From a bacterium (GTDB lineage Bacteria; Patescibacteriota; Minisyncoccia; Minisyncoccales; CG1-02-41-26), in NCBI GenBank assembly GCA_030648255.1, contig JAUSHZ010000012.1, forward strand, positions 1-60,697: a DNA stretch of 60,697 nt, in the 5' to 3' direction. Position 1 is the stretch's first letter. Each line of letters begins with the position of its first letter. This document shows positions 7,614-16,821 of this stretch, in pieces. Made by a program: the position numbers and the translations under genes. The notes beneath the pieces are model-generated. The model saw nothing but the letters and a program-made list of their open reading frames with translations. It was not told the origin of the DNA and searched no databases.

Positions 7614-9299
7614 TTGTCAATGATTAGGAAAATATTAAGTTCAAAAACACAAACTATTAGCTTCGCTGCCCTGATTATAAGCATATCAAGTTTTTTTAGC
7701 TTTTTTTTAGGGGCCCTGCGAGATAACTTGCTGGCCAATCATCTGCCAAATCAATTAGCTGATGTTTACTGGGCTGCTTTCAGGGTGCCTGATTTTATTT
7801 ATGGCATTTTAATTACTGGCGGGATAACAGCCGCTTTTCTACCAGTTTTTTCTTCTTATTTTCACAAAAGCCAAGATTCAGCAAAAAGGTTATTTAAAGA
7901 TATCTTTACAATATTTTTTATTGCTTTGGTTTTTTTAGCAGCCATTTTCTTTTTTTTAGCGCCATTTTTAGTTAATTTAACTGTGCCTGGTTTTTCCCAG
8001 GCCCAAAAGCAGGAGACAGCTAATTTAATGCGAATAATGTTTTTAAGCCCTGTATTATTGGGGTTATCGGCAATTTTCTCCAGTGTTTTACAATACTTAA
8101 ATTTTTTCTATGCTTTCTCGTTGGCTCCTATTTTCTATAATACTGGTATTTTAGTGGGTATCTTAGTTTTTTATCCAATTTTCGGTTTACCTGGTTTGGC
8201 TATGGGCGTTATTTTGGGCGCTTTAATGCATCTTCTTATCCAGATGATACCAGCTATGAAGGCTGGATTTATTCCTGCTGTATCTTTTTCTTTAAAGGAA
8301 AAGGAAGGGCTTTTTAAAATTTCAAAACTAATGGTTCCAAGAGTTATAAGCTCGGCTGCTTTTCAAATTAACTTAATTATCACCACAGCCATTGCCTCTA
8401 CCCTAACAGCTGGCTCTATTAAGATTTTCAATCTTTCTAATAATTTGTATTGTGTGCCAGTTGGCTTAATTGGGCTGTCTTTTGCCACAGCTGTCTTTCC
8501 AACTCTTTCAAAAAGCTTTGTATCTGACCAAAAAGAAAAGTTTTTAGAAATTTTTTCAAATATTTTAAGTAAAATTATTTTTTTTATTCTGCCCTTAAGC
8601 GGGTTTATCTTTATTTTGCGAGCTCAGATTACGCGCCTTATCTATGGAACCCAAATTGCTAGTGGAAATTACTTTGGTTGGTGGGAAACTAGGCTTACCG
8701 CAAGCTCATTGGGGGTTTTATCTCTTTCCTTGTTTGCTGCTTGCTTGATTCCTTTTCTGGCCAGAGCTTTTTTTGCTTTGCACAATACAAAAACTCCCCT
8801 AAAAATCGCTTTGTTTTCCATTGCCTTAAATGTGGGGTTATCTTTCTTGTTTGTTTGGCTTTTAAAAACTTCTGGCGTTTTTCAAAATTTTTCGATTAGC
8901 TTTTTAAAATTAAAAGACTTAACCGATGTTTCGGTTTTAGGCCTGTCCTTAGCCTTATCTATTTCAACTATTTTTCAATTTATTTTTCTTTTGATTGGCC
9001 TAAAGCTTAAGCTGAAAAGTTTGTCTATATTAAAATATAAAAATAATTTTTTAAAAATGTTTTTTGCTTCTCTTATCGCCTCTTTGGCAGTTTATTTTTG
9101 CTTGAAATTAACTGGTTCTGTTCTGCCAGAGCTAAGCTCAGCTTTGGCAACAAATAAAGTGATCGGGCTTTTATTGCAAACTACGGTTTCGGGAATATTG
9201 GGTGTTATTGCTTATTTATTTTTATGTTTTTCAATGGGATTGAAAGAGCCCAAATTAATTTGGAAACATTTATGCAAGATAAAATTTTTAATTTCGTAA
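7614..9299 (+). CDS. murJ: Lipid II flippase MurJ/MviN
   Basis: This is a polytopic 561-aa protein. The N-terminal pattern RDNLLANHL...ADVYWAAFRVPDFIYGIL is typical of MurJ. The TTG at 7614 may be replaced by ATG 7620 as the start. Confidence 0.8.
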   Translation: MSMIRKILSSKTQTISFAALIISISSFFSFFLGALRDNLLANHLPNQLADVYWAAFRVPDFIYGILITGGITAAFLPVFSSYFHKSQDSAKRLFKDIFTIFFIALVFLAAIFFFLAPFLVNLTVPGFSQAQKQETANLMRIMFLSPVLLGLSAIFSSVLQYLNFFYAFSLAPIFYNTGILVGILVFYPIFGLPGLAMGVILGALMHLLIQMIPAMKAGFIPAVSFSLKEKEGLFKISKLMVPRVISSAAFQINLIITTAIASTLTAGSIKIFNLSNNLYCVPVGLIGLSFATAVFPTLSKSFVSDQKEKFLEIFSNILSKIIFFILPLSGFIFILRAQITRLIYGTQIASGNYFGWWETRLTASSLGVLSLSLFAACLIPFLARAFFALHNTKTPLKIALFSIALNVGLSFLFVWLLKTSGVFQNFSISFLKLKDLTDVSVLGLSLALSISTIFQFIFLLIGLKLKLKSLSILKYKNNFLKMFFASLIASLAVYFCLKLTGSVLPELSSALATNKVIGLLLQTTVSGILGVIAYLFLCFSMGLKEPKLIWKHLCKIKFLIS

Positions 9300-11143
9300 T
9301 AATTTCACATATTGATCATGGAAAATCCACTTTAGCTGACCGGCTTTTGGAAATTACCGGCACAATAAGCAAGAGTAAAATGAAGGAGCAATTTTTAGAC
9401 TCAATGGACCTAGAAAGAGAAAAGGGAATTACCATTAAAATGCACCCCGTCCGTTTGGTTTATAAAAATTATATTCTGAATCTGATTGATACTCCGGGGC
9501 ATATAGATTTTTCTTATGAAACATCGCGTGCCCTGGCCTGTTGCGAGGGAGCTGTTCTGTTAGTTGATGTTAAGCAGGGAATTCAGGCCCAAACATTATT
9601 TAATTTAGAACAAGCTCAAAAACAGGGTTTGGCAATTATTGGGGCAATTAATAAAATTGATTTAGCCAGTCAAGACCAAATAAACGAGGCAAAAAAAGAG
9701 TTATCAGTAGTGGCTAATATAAAAGAAGCCGAAATTTTGGAAATTTCTGGTAAAACCGGGCAAGGAGTGCCTGAACTTTTAGAAAAAATAGTAGAATATT
9801 TCCCTGCCCCGAAATTACCACCGCGTCATCCTGAGGCGGAGCCGAAGGATCTCGGCCGAGATGCTTCGCTTGGGGTTCAGCATGACAAAACGGGCGTATC
9901 GGATAGCTTCAAGGCATTAATTTTTGATTCAAAATACGATTCTTTTTCAGGTGTGGTGGCTTTTGTTAAAATTTTTTCAGGAATAGCTAAGAGAGGGGAC
10001 AAAATTAGTTTTTTTGCTGGAAAATGCCAATCTGAAGTCAAAGAAGTTGGTTATTTTACTCCTGGATTATTTCCAACAGAAATTTTAAAGGCAGGGGATA
10101 TTGGCTATATTAAGACCGGCATAAAAGAGCCGGCAAAAGTTAAGGTTGGAGATACAATATTTGGGCAAAATGAAGCGTATCGGATATCGGATAATACTTT
10201 TAAGCCCTTAGCAGAATACAAAGAACCACAACCCGTGCTTTTCTTAAGCCTATACCCAGCCATAGCCGACGAGTTTGATATGTTGAAAGATGCTTTATTA
10301 AAGCATAAATTAAACGACCCAGCGTTTGATTTCCAAATAGAGTCGCAAATGGCCTTGGGCAGGGGGTTTAGATGTGGTTTCTTGGGATCTTTACATGCTG
10401 AAATAACAGTTGGCCGCTTAAAAAACGAATTTGGATTAGATTTGATTGCCACATCTCCCCAAGTTATTTTTAGGGCGATTTTAAAAAATGGAAAGGAGGT
10501 TGAAGTGTCATCTCCCTCCCTTTTTCCCGATCCATCTATAACTCAAGAGATTCAAGAACCAATGGTTAAAGTGGAAATTATAACGCCAAACCAATATTTT
10601 GGTCAATTATTTAAGTTTTTTCCTCAATTTGAAATTGTTTTAGAAAACACCCAATCCCTAACAAACGAAAAATCATTACTGGTGGCCAAGGCCCCTTTAA
10701 GGGAGATAATTTCTGGAAGTTTTTATGAAAAATTAAAATCATCAACCCAGGGCTATGCTTCTTTTAATTTTGAACAGATTGGCCATCAAAAATCTGATTT
10801 GGTTAAGGTAGATGTTTTAGTGGCTGGTGAAAAAGAAGAGGCATTTGCTAAAATTATCACAAAAGAGAAAGCTTATAGCGAAATGAAAAAATTTTTAGAA
10901 AAATTAAAAGAAGTTTTGCCGCCTCAACAATTTGCTTTGGCCATTCAGGCCTCAATTGGGGGCAAAATAATCGCTAGAGAGACAGTAGCAGCCCTAAGGA
11001 AAGATGTTACAGCCAAGCTTTATGGGGGGGATGTAACGAGAAAGAAAAAATTGCTTGAAGCCCAGAAAAAAGGCAAGCAAAAATTAAAAAATCGGGCAAA
11101 AGTTAATATCCCCGCCCAAGTTTTTTTAGATGTGCTAAAATAA
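9272..11143 (+). CDS. lepA: Elongation factor 4 (LepA)
   Basis: The G domain reads NFVIISHIDHGKSTLADRLLE...DTPGHIDF...NKIDL, and a LepA C-terminal domain is present. The start is set at ATG 9272 (MQDKIFNF). Confidence 0.9.
   Translation: MQDKIFNFVIISHIDHGKSTLADRLLEITGTISKSKMKEQFLDSMDLEREKGITIKMHPVRLVYKNYILNLIDTPGHIDFSYETSRALACCEGAVLLVDVKQGIQAQTLFNLEQAQKQGLAIIGAINKIDLASQDQINEAKKELSVVANIKEAEILEISGKTGQGVPELLEKIVEYFPAPKLPPRHPEAEPKDLGRDASLGVQHDKTGVSDSFKALIFDSKYDSFSGVVAFVKIFSGIAKRGDKISFFAGKCQSEVKEVGYFTPGLFPTEILKAGDIGYIKTGIKEPAKVKVGDTIFGQNEAYRISDNTFKPLAEYKEPQPVLFLSLYPAIADEFDMLKDALLKHKLNDPAFDFQIESQMALGRGFRCGFLGSLHAEITVGRLKNEFGLDLIATSPQVIFRAILKNGKEVEVSSPSLFPDPSITQEIQEPMVKVEIITPNQYFGQLFKFFPQFEIVLENTQSLTNEKSLLVAKAPLREIISGSFYEKLKSSTQGYASFNFEQIGHQKSDLVKVDVLVAGEKEEAFAKIITKEKAYSEMKKFLEKLKEVLPPQQFALAIQASIGGKIIARETVAALRKDVTAKLYGGDVTRKKKLLEAQKKGKQKLKNRAKVNIPAQVFLDVLK
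9823..9892. repeat. Family-B palindrome in frame inside lepA
   Basis: The sequence is cgtcatcctgaggcggagccgaaggatctcggccgagatgcttcgcttggggttcagcatgacaaaacg, encoding RHPEAEPKDLGRDASLGVQHDK. Confidence 0.8.
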
Positions 11144-11168
11144 AGCAGGTAAAAACATAGAAGCAACC

Positions 11169-11549
11169 ATGCTTAAAGATACCAAAACAACTAAAATTAC
11201 CCAAACAATTTTTACTAAATTCTTTTTTGCCATATTGGTAATTATTGCAGGTTTTTTGGTTTTTGGCAATTATAAATTAATGAAAGCGGAGAAAAAGCTT
11301 TCTTTAAAGCTACAAGAAGCGCAAACAAACTTTAAAGATATTTCAAAAGAAAAAGAATTGACTCAGGGTAAAATTTTACAAAGTCAAAACTATGATTACT
11401 TAGAGCAAGTGGCAAGAGAAGAATTAAATTTCAAGAAACCGGGCGAACAAGTCGTTGCCTTTCCAGAGCAAAAAGAGTTTCAAGAAACAGAGACAAGTCA
11501 AAAAATTAAGGACTTATGGCAGAAGTTCATGGAGATGAGGAAGAAGTAA
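11169..11549 (+). CDS. FtsB/DivIC-like septum formation initiator
   Basis: It has a single N-terminal transmembrane segment, a coiled coil, and DYLEQVAREELNFKKPGEQVV, which is typical of the DivIC/FtsB family. Confidence 0.6.
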   Translation: MLKDTKTTKITQTIFTKFFFAILVIIAGFLVFGNYKLMKAEKKLSLKLQEAQTNFKDISKEKELTQGKILQSQNYDYLEQVAREELNFKKPGEQVVAFPEQKEFQETETSQKIKDLWQKFMEMRKK

Positions 11550-11550
11550 T

Positions 11551-11622
11551 GCGGGTGTCGTATAACGGCTATTATGGTTCCTTCCCAAGGAACAGACGGC
11601 GGTCCGACTCCGCTCACCCGCT
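11551..11622 (+). tRNA. tRNA-Gly (anticodon CCC)
   Basis: It folds by hand: acceptor GCGGGTG/CACCCGC, anticodon arm GTTCC-TTCCCAA-GGAAC, T arm GGCGG-TCCGACT-CCGCT. The T-loop is unusual, reading TCC rather than TTC. Confidence 0.8.
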
Positions 11623-11660
11623 ATTGATTTTTAAGAATACATTAATTATGTAATTATAAA

Positions 11661-11697
11661 CAAAAAGCGTAGTCTTTATGGGTTACGCTCTTTGTTT
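11661..11697 (-). terminator. Hairpin terminator candidate downstream of the radical SAM gene
   Basis: The stem agcgta (11666-11671) pairs with tacgct (11684-11689). On the minus strand it is followed by a T run. Confidence 0.45.
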
Positions 11698-11702
11698 CGC
11701 GA

Positions 11703-12680
11703 TTATTCGTTTCTTAGTTCCTCTAAGAAAAGGTGGTAGAGGTCGCTTCTTAGAGGGCATGGTATGGATTCTTGCTTAATTTCGCTTAGGAAATTTTTGA
11801 ATCCTTTCCTTATCCTGTGGTAATGTTTTAATAGTTCTTCAGCTGTAGCGTTTGTTGCGTCTCCAAGGAAACTACTTTCTGTGGCATACCCGCAAGAAAG
11901 CAATGCGCCATCTACATCTACGCTAATACCTCTGTAGAAGTAACTGCAAATACCTCCTTCCAGAGAACTTTGCCCACTTGTTTCTGATTTTTCTTTCGCC
12001 ACTTTATTAAGTTCTTCATAGGTGTTACCCACAAGCTCTTTCCAAGCACTCGGATTCTGAAGTTTTCCTATTTTAATGGGAGGGTTAGCAACAAAAAATA
12101 TATCATCACCAGCAAACTCTTTGATAGCATCTAATTCGTGTTGATTTTGTTTGGTAACAGTCACATTAATCCCAAGCCTTACGAAATCTTTTTGTTTTCG
12201 GTAGGCACTTCTTAAAAGTTCTATATTTTTAAGAACCCTTATAAGGTCTCCATTGCCAGTTAGCTCTTTATAAGTTTTTTTATTAATTGAATCCAAGCTT
12301 ACTATTAAGGACACATTATGACTTTGATAAAACTTTGCTTGTTCCCTATCAAGATTGCTCGCATTGGTGAACATTATTGTTACAAAACCATAAGTATTAG
12401 CTGTTTCAATGATTGGCTTCATCAAACTAAAGTATTCAGTCGGCTCTCCTCGGCCAATGACAACTAAAGATTTTATCCCTATTTCATGAGCTAAAGACAT
12501 TATTCTTTGACGCTGAGCTAATGTTAAAGAATCTTTCATATTACACCTATATCCTGGTAAGGCGCATTTAACACACTTATAACTACATCCTGATTCTAAA
12601 TTAAGCATCAAGTATAAGGGAGTGTCTTTTTTTACTCCCTGTAATTTGAAAAATTTTGGCGATCCTTGTAATATTTTCAT
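11703..12680 (-). CDS. Radical SAM protein of unknown specificity
   Basis: The CxxxCxxC cluster is CSYKCVKC. A GRGEPT (GGEP-type) motif and additional C-terminal cysteines are present. Confidence 0.7.
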   Translation of the reverse strand: MKILQGSPKFFKLQGVKKDTPLYLMLNLESGCSYKCVKCALPGYRCNMKDSLTLAQRQRIMSLAHEIGIKSLVVIGRGEPTEYFSLMKPIIETANTYGFVTIMFTNASNLDREQAKFYQSHNVSLIVSLDSINKKTYKELTGNGDLIRVLKNIELLRSAYRKQKDFVRLGINVTVTKQNQHELDAIKEFAGDDIFFVANPPIKIGKLQNPSAWKELVGNTYEELNKVAKEKSETSGQSSLEGGICSYFYRGISVDVDGALLSCGYATESSFLGDATNATAEELLKHYHRIRKGFKNFLSEIKQESIPCPLRSDLYHLFLEELRNE

Positions 12681-12778
12681 AGGTTTCTGTTGGACTTATA
12701 AAATAATTATGACATATTATGACGCAACTGCCAGTATATTTATACAAAATTATTATGCATGAGTTTAAGTAGAAAATA

Positions 12779-12841
12779 TTGACAAGCCATTTACTCTTTA
12801 AATATAAGGGATTTGACACTTTTTACAGTATATGATAAACT
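12779..12841 (+). promoter_or_regulatory. Divergent promoter region with two TTGACA boxes upstream of the TrmB-like gene
   Basis: TTGACA at 12779-12784 has a 17-nt spacer to ATATAA. TTGACA at 12813-12818 has a 17-nt spacer to TAAACT at 12836-12841. Confidence 0.4.
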
Positions 12842-12883
12842 GCTAATATAGTTGTCAGATAATTACTACAACCATATAAGCAT

Positions 12884-13627
12884 ATGTCAGAAATTACAAA
12901 AATACTTACTCAGTTCGGGTTGACTAGCAACCAAATTAAAGTTTATTTAGCCCTTCTAGAGTTAGGAGAGGGGAAGGTGGGGGACATTGCAAAGAAAGCG
13001 CATATTTTACGTCCCACTACTTATGAGGTCTTAGGACAACTTGAAGAGGTTGGGGTTGTAAATCAGCATAATCGTCATAATGTAAGATTACATATGGCAG
13101 AACCTCCAATTAAGTTAGAAAAAATATTAGAGTCCCGCAAGAAAGCTATCCATAGTGTTTTGCCAGAATTGGAGTCTATGTATAACACAGGGGGATTTAA
13201 GCCCAAGATAAGGTACTATGAAGGGGTAGAGGGCTACAAAACAGTATATGAAGATACTTTGACTGTTTCTGGCAAAAGGCTTTTCGGGATTCTTTCCATG
13301 CAAGACTTGTTTGATACAGTAGGGGAAAAATATATGAATGATTATACTAAATGTAGGATTGAAAAGGGTATTCATTTACAAGTTATCAGAAGTGAGGCGA
13401 AAGAAAGTAAACCAATTTGGAAAAATAGCGAAAAAGAGTTTCGTTCACTTCGTTTTGCTCCAGAAGATTTTGTTTTCCCATTGACTATGTATATTTATGA
13501 TAATAAAGTAAGCTTAATGTCTTCAAGGAGAGAAAATTTTGGGTTAATTATAGAGTCCAAGGAGTTTATGCAAACCCAAAAAGCTTTGTTTGATGTATTA
13601 TGGAGGGTTTGTAGTAGGGGGGAATAG
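12884..13627 (+). CDS. TrmB-family transcriptional regulator
   Basis: The N-terminal winged helix LTSNQIKVYLALLELGEGKVGDIAKKAHILRPTTYEVLGQLEEVGVV fits the TrmB family. Confidence 0.7.
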   Translation: MSEITKILTQFGLTSNQIKVYLALLELGEGKVGDIAKKAHILRPTTYEVLGQLEEVGVVNQHNRHNVRLHMAEPPIKLEKILESRKKAIHSVLPELESMYNTGGFKPKIRYYEGVEGYKTVYEDTLTVSGKRLFGILSMQDLFDTVGEKYMNDYTKCRIEKGIHLQVIRSEAKESKPIWKNSEKEFRSLRFAPEDFVFPLTMYIYDNKVSLMSSRRENFGLIIESKEFMQTQKALFDVLWRVCSRGE

Positions 13628-13700
13628 GCCAGCGTAGCTCAGTTGGTAGAGCAGAGCTTTCGTAAAGCTAAGGTCGCCAGTTCGATCCTGGCCGCTGGCT
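13628..13700 (+). tRNA. tRNA-Thr (anticodon CGT)
   Basis: The cloverleaf is GCCAGCG-TA-GCTC-AGTTGGTA-GAGC...loop TTCGTAA...GCCAG-TTCGATC-CTGGC-CGCTGGC-T, 73 nt in total. Confidence 0.85.
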
Positions 13701-13738
13701 CACTTTATTTTTGTCTTAAATTGTGGTATAAATTTGTT

Positions 13739-14804
13739 ATGTTAGAAATAACCGCTTCAATTGAAGATTTGCAACAAAAGCTCAATCAGTTGGAGCAATG
13801 GCTTTGACTTAGAAAAAAAATTCAAGGCACTGAGTGCCTTGCAGGAAGAGTTTTTAAAGCCTGACTTTTGGAAAAATCCAAAAGAGGCTGGAGAAAAACA
13901 AAAAAAAGCCAGCCAGTTAAAAGAGGAAATAGATTCGTTTGAAGCGCTTAAAGCTGAACTTGAATCAACGCAAAACTTAAAAGAATTATCAGTAAAGATA
14001 GAAGAAAAAAGCTTGTTAGTTTTTTTGTCGGGAGAATATGATAAAAAAGACGCGATTTTATCTATCCAAGCGGGAGCGGGCGGAAGAGATGCTGAGGACT
14101 GGGTATGCTTATTGTTAAAAATGTACCAAAAATATGCTGAATCAAAGTCTTGGAGGCATAAAATATTATTTCAAACATTTGGCGAGGCTGGGGGTCCAGA
14201 AGGGCGAATAGGCATTAAAGAAGTTGGCATAGAAATAAAAGGAAAGTTTGTTTTTGGTTTTTTAAAAAAAGAAAACGGGGCTCATCGATTGGTGCGCCTT
14301 TCACCGTTTTCTAATAAACAGTTGCGCCAAACTTCTTTTGCTAAAGTGGAAGTAATTCCAAAAATCGAAGATGACGAAATTACAGAGAGTATTTTAAAGC
14401 CAGATGATTTAAAAATAGAAACATTTAGGTCCTCTGGCGCTGGAGGGCAAAATGTTAATCGTCGGGAGACAGCTGTTAGAGCAACCCATTTGCCAACGGG
14501 TTTGGTGGCGAATTGTCAAACCGAAAGATATCAAGCAGTAAATAAGAAGATTGCTTTGGAAATTTTAGCTGGAAAAGTTCTACAATTAAAAGAAAGAGAG
14601 AAAGAAATTTATTTAGCCGGGTTAAAAGACGAAAAAGTTTCCGCTGACTTTGGCCACCAAATTAGATCATATATTCTACACCCTTATAATTTAGTAAAAG
14701 ACCACCGAACAGAAATTGAAACAACAAATACACAAGCGGTTTTGGGCGGTGATTTAGAAAAATTTATTTATGCTGAAGTTTCAAAACTTAACAAAAATTT
14801 ATAA
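13739..14804 (+). CDS. prfB: Peptide chain release factor 2, made by a programmed +1 frameshift: join(13739..13804,13806..14804)
   Basis: Frame 0 reads MLEITASIEDLQQKLNQLEQWL and ends at CTT TGA C. The +1 frame continues DLEKK... and carries the SPF and GGQ motifs. Confidence 0.9.
13802..13808 (+). promoter_or_regulatory. prfB +1 frameshift site CTT TGA C
   Basis: This is the canonical slippery CUU-UGA-C. GGAG lies 6 nt upstream at 13792-13795. Confidence 0.85.
13823..13841. repeat. Family-D hairpin in frame in prfB
   Basis: The sequence is caaggcactgagtgccttg, encoding KALSAL. It lies 15 nt after the shift site. Confidence 0.75.
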
Positions 14805-15459
14805 TAATCAGAGTGGAAAAATAATTGCCCTATCCAATGTTAATTTGGAAATCGCTAAGGGCGAGCTTGTTTCTATTGTTGGAAAATCTGGAGCAGGTAA
14901 AAGCACATTGGTGAAAATTTTAACCAGAGAAGAAATGCCAACAAAGGGTGGAGTACTTTTTAATGATGTAAATATTTGCGAATTAAAGGGGAAAAAATTG
15001 CAGGAAATGCGAAGAAGAATAGGCGTTGTTCATCAGGACTATAAGTTGCTTTGTGATAAAACAGTTGAAGAAAACTTATGCTATGTTATGCAAGTTGTTG
15101 GTGTTTGCGATGAAACAATTATCAAAGATGTGAAAAAAGTTTTAGAAATTGTTGGCATTGAAAATAGGGTTTGCCATTTCCCGCACGAATTATCGGGTGG
15201 TGAAAAACAACGTTTAGCAATTGCCAGAGCCTTAATTCATAGGCCAGAAATTATAATAGCCGACGAGCCAACTGGAAACTTAGACGTTTATAATTCTTAT
15301 GAGGTTATTAGTTTGTTTAAAAAAATAAATGAAATGGGGACAACTATTATACTGCTAACTCATGATAAAGAAATTGTTGATTCTTTAAAAAGAAGGGTTA
15401 TTACAATAGACCAAGGCAAAGTAATAGGGGACGACGCTAAGGGGAGGTTCATCTTGTAA
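14770..15459 (+). CDS. ftsE: Cell division ATP-binding protein FtsE
   Basis: ABC motifs GKSGAGKST, LSGGEKQR and IIIADEPTGNLD are present. It is followed by ftsX. Confidence 0.85.
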   Translation: MLKFQNLTKIYNNQSGKIIALSNVNLEIAKGELVSIVGKSGAGKSTLVKILTREEMPTKGGVLFNDVNICELKGKKLQEMRRRIGVVHQDYKLLCDKTVEENLCYVMQVVGVCDETIIKDVKKVLEIVGIENRVCHFPHELSGGEKQRLAIARALIHRPEIIIADEPTGNLDVYNSYEVISLFKKINEMGTTIILLTHDKEIVDSLKRRVITIDQGKVIGDDAKGRFIL

Positions 15460-15466
15460 ATTAAGC

Positions 15467-15536
15467 GTGTCATGCTGAGCCAGCAGGCGAAGCATCTCTT
15501 GTACGAGATTCTTCGCTAATCGCTCAGAATGACAAA
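15467..15536. repeat. Family-B palindrome, intergenic between ftsE and ftsX
   Basis: The sequence is gtgtcatgctgagccagcaggcgaagcatctcttgtacgagattcttcgctaatcgctcagaatgacaaa. Confidence 0.85.
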
Positions 15537-15542
15537 TTTTTT

Positions 15543-16454
15543 ATGTTAACAAGCTTTAAACGAATTTTAAAATTTGGGTGGCAGGGTTTTTGGCGGAATA
15601 AAACTTTAAGCTTGCAGGTTATTTTTATAATGGGAGTTGTGGTTTTTGCCATATCATTCATTTTTCTTTTTGAACAAATAGGAAATTTTCTAATTGCTCA
15701 ATCTGAAAAAAAAGTAGACATTTCCGTTTATTTTAAAAAAGACACTCCAGAAGAAAAAATGCTGGAATTGAAGCAAGAGCTTTTAACGCTTTCTGACCAG
15801 GTAAAATCGGTGGACTATATTTCAAAGCAAATGGCTAATGAAATTTTTACTGAAAGACATAAGGACGACAAGTTTTATTTAGAGGCTTTGGGCCAGGTGC
15901 AAGAGGACCCATTTTTGGCTTCGTTGAATATTAAAGCTTTTTCTTCAGGAAACTACGCTCAAATAGACAGCTTTTTACAGACAAAACAAGCTGATAGCTT
16001 TATTGAAAAAGTTTCTTACAGTAAAAATAAAGAAGTTATTGACCAGCTTTTTTATATTACCTCAAACGTAAAAAAAGTTGGGTTTATTGGTGGAATTGCC
16101 GTTGCCTTGTTAGTTATTTTAATTACATTTAACACTATCAAGCTTACTATTCTTTCAACAAAAGACGAAATAACCACAAGCCGTTTAGTGGGGGCTTCTA
16201 ATTGGTTTATCAGGGGCCCGTTTTTAGTGCAAAGCTTTTTGTATGCAATATTTTCAGTTTTGATATTGGATATTATTTTTGTGCTGATTGTGCTATTTTT
16301 GAACTCTAAAATACAAACTTTGTTTTTAGATTTCAATCTCGTGGCGGTTTTAAAACACAACGGATTTTATTTGTTCGCGGTTCAGCTTATTGCTACTGTG
16401 TTTTTGGGCGCTATTTCATCGTTATTGGCCTCAAGGAAATATTTAAAAATGTAG
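15543..16454 (+). CDS. ftsX: Cell division permease-like protein FtsX
   Basis: The topology fits FtsX: one transmembrane segment, a periplasmic-type domain, then three C-terminal transmembrane segments. It lies next to ftsE. Confidence 0.8.
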   Translation: MLTSFKRILKFGWQGFWRNKTLSLQVIFIMGVVVFAISFIFLFEQIGNFLIAQSEKKVDISVYFKKDTPEEKMLELKQELLTLSDQVKSVDYISKQMANEIFTERHKDDKFYLEALGQVQEDPFLASLNIKAFSSGNYAQIDSFLQTKQADSFIEKVSYSKNKEVIDQLFYITSNVKKVGFIGGIAVALLVILITFNTIKLTILSTKDEITTSRLVGASNWFIRGPFLVQSFLYAIFSVLILDIIFVLIVLFLNSKIQTLFLDFNLVAVLKHNGFYLFAVQLIATVFLGAISSLLASRKYLKM

Positions 16455-16487
16455 ATTTAACAAGCAAAATAACGTATCGGATAGTTT

Positions 16488-16558
16488 TCGGGGGTCGTCT
16501 AGCGGTAGGACAGTGGATTCTGGCTCCACTAACTGAGGTTCAAATCCTTGCCCCCGAG
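16488..16558 (+). tRNA. tRNA-Gln (anticodon CTG)
   Basis: The acceptor is TCGGGGG/CCCCCGA (U1-A72), the anticodon arm is GTGGA-TTCTGGC-TCCAC and the T loop is TTCAAAT. Length is 71 nt. Confidence 0.8.
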
Positions 16559-16567
16559 CATAGTAAA

Positions 16568-16743
16568 GTATCGGATAAAAAAGTTGTTGAAACCCGACTT
16601 CTCAAAACTGAGCTTAAGAGTTTAAAGAAGTCGGGTTTCTGGCTCGGCTTAACGGCTGAGCTTTTTATTGTTTATTGTATCGGATGGAAAAGTTGTTGAA
16701 ACTCGGTTTCCTTGGGTTCTTGAAACCGATCTTCAACAACTTT
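16568..16743. repeat. Repeat-dense leader upstream of the giant gene: two GTATCGGAT.-AAAAGTTGTTGAAAC direct repeats, each opening a palindrome
   Basis: The direct repeats are gtatcggataaaaaagttgttgaaacccg at 16568 and gtatcggatggaaaagttgttgaaactcg at 16677. The palindromes are gaaacccgacttc/gaagtcgggtttc and 16690-16743. Confidence 0.75.
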
Positions 16744-16821
16744 TTCTTGGCTCAAAAGTTATCCACAGATTTATAGTATTGACGGGCTTTACAGCCGTAT
16801 CGGTTATGCGATAATAATACA

